From positions 576,001 to 640,000 of the forward strand of contig CAVXLD010000001.1 of the NCBI GenBank assembly GCA_963762565.1: 64,000 nucleotides of DNA, in the 5' to 3' direction. The translations under genes and the position numbers were made by a program. Position 1 is the first letter of the stretch, and each line of letters opens with the position of its first letter. Source of the stretch: an uncultured Verrucomicrobiae bacterium (GTDB lineage: Bacteria; Verrucomicrobiota; Verrucomicrobiia; Chthoniobacterales; JAFAMB01). Of the stretch, positions 62,918 through 64,000 are shown in pieces. The notes under the pieces are model-generated. The model was not told where the DNA came from. It saw only the letters and a list, made by a program, of their open reading frames with translations, and made no database searches.

Positions 62918-64000
62918 CGGTGATCGGGTTAATCCGGGCCGCGCGTAGCGCCGGTAATAAACAGGCTAAGGTCCCAGCCAGCCCAAGAACAAGAATGGCG
63001 AGCCCCAGTGTAATCGGATCTGCTGGGGAGACTCCATAGAGTAGTCCTGCGATCAAGGGCGCTGCCACCAGCGCGGCGCCGATTCCTATCACCAGCCCGA
63101 CGCAGACGATCTTGAGTCCTTGTTCGGTGATTAGTCTTAGGATATTGCGGGATTGCGCTCCCAATGCGACACGGATGCCAATCTCGCGTGTCCGCTGGCC
63201 GACGGCATACGCTAGAATACCATAGAGCCCCGTTGCCGATAGGAAAAGCGCGGCGCCGGAAAACAAAGTTACCAGCAGCATGCATAATTTTCGAGTCGCG
63301 AAGTTTTTGGCAATGACATCGTCGTAAGTGCTCACTTCGTAGACCGGCACCCCTGGATCGATCGAACTGACTACTTTGCGAACCGCCGGAACCAAGACGC
63401 CTGGATCAAGGTCCGAACGCAAGATCAGGTACTCAGAATCAAAATTCCATTGGTTATAGGGGAAATAGGCTTGGAATGCGGTCTCCGTCTGACCGGGGCT
63501 TTTGTAACGAAGATGCGGCACGACCCCGACGATGGTGCAATTCTGCGTGCCCTGCATTTGCTGAACGGTGATGTCCTTGCCGAGAGGATTTTGACCCGGG
63601 AAATAATGTTCCGCCAGAGCAGCGTCGACAATAACGACGTCCGATTTATTCACGGTATCTTGCGAATTAAAATCGCGCCCCTGAAGAAGGGGAACCTGCA
63701 GCGTGCGAAAGTAATCCGAAGAAACCATCTGCCAAGCCAGAACCGGCTGGCGACCCGGGCCAGGGTCTGGTTGCCCGTCGATGGTGAAACGGAACAGGAG
63801 CTCCGTATTGTCTTTCAGCGGCGGAAAGTCATTTAGCGCCGCGTCGGTCACCCCGGGTAGCTGGCGGACCTTCGTGCTTACCGCATCCCAGAAGGCCCGG
63901 GTCCGGGCACCGTCGTTCTCGTATTTAGCGCTGGTAATAGAAATCCCTGCGGTAAGCAGATGATGCGGGTTGAAACCGAGCGGGATATTTTGGGCGGCTT
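62904..64000 (-). CDS. ADOP-like permease, C-terminal part (continues beyond the window)
   Basis: [31 protein letters not shown]; frame open to the window edge. Confidence 0.88.
   Translation of the reverse strand, partial: AAQNIPLGFNPHHLLTAGISITSAKYENDGARTRAFWDAVSTKVRQLPGVTDAALNDFPPLKDNTELLFRFTIDGQPDPGPGRQPVLAWQMVSSDYFRTLQVPLLQGRDFNSQDTVNKSDVVIVDAALAEHYFPGQNPLGKDITVQQMQGTQNCTIVGVVPHLRYKSPGQTETAFQAYFPYNQWNFDSEYLILRSDLDPGVLVPAVRKVVSSIDPGVPVYEVSTYDDVIAKNFATRKLCMLLVTLFSGAALFLSATGLYGILAYAVGQRTREIGIRVALGAQSRNILRLITEQGLKIVCVGLVIGIGAALVAAPLIAGLLYGVSPADPITLGLAILVLGLAGTLACLLPALRAARINPITALRE

Overview
64 kb of bacterial DNA. Its Ser/Thr-kinase, TIR and TPR gene styles and dense intergenic micro-repeats suggest a soil Verrucomicrobiota (Chthoniobacterales-like) genome; this is inference. 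Many genes carry 1-nt frameshifts, several in homopolymers, consistent with long-read consensus error. The main feature is 11 paralogous orphan duplicated MacB/FtsX-type (ADOP-like) permeases: two minus-strand tandem arrays (16.5-28.4 kb; 52.1 kb to the window end) and one singleton (39.8 kb). No cognate ATPase or PadR is present. Array 1 and the singleton each have a sigma-54 -24/-12 promoter and the same tandem palindromic upstream site. Array genes have conserved 5'/3' ends abutting heptamer and 16-mer repeats. Also present: a TIR-STAND-TPR protein; a TIR-kinase-pseudokinase-TM receptor-like protein; a RAYT transposase with REPs; a second REP family with one copy in frame inside a coding gene; a DUF2911/PIG-L/sodium-symporter module joined to bacillithiol-like genes (short BshC-like, bshB1, bshA); an ABC permease-M1 aminopeptidase fusion; a sugar ABC operon; two PIN toxin-antitoxin pairs; and many nested intergenic inverted repeats. 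No rRNA, tRNA or CRISPR array was recognised.
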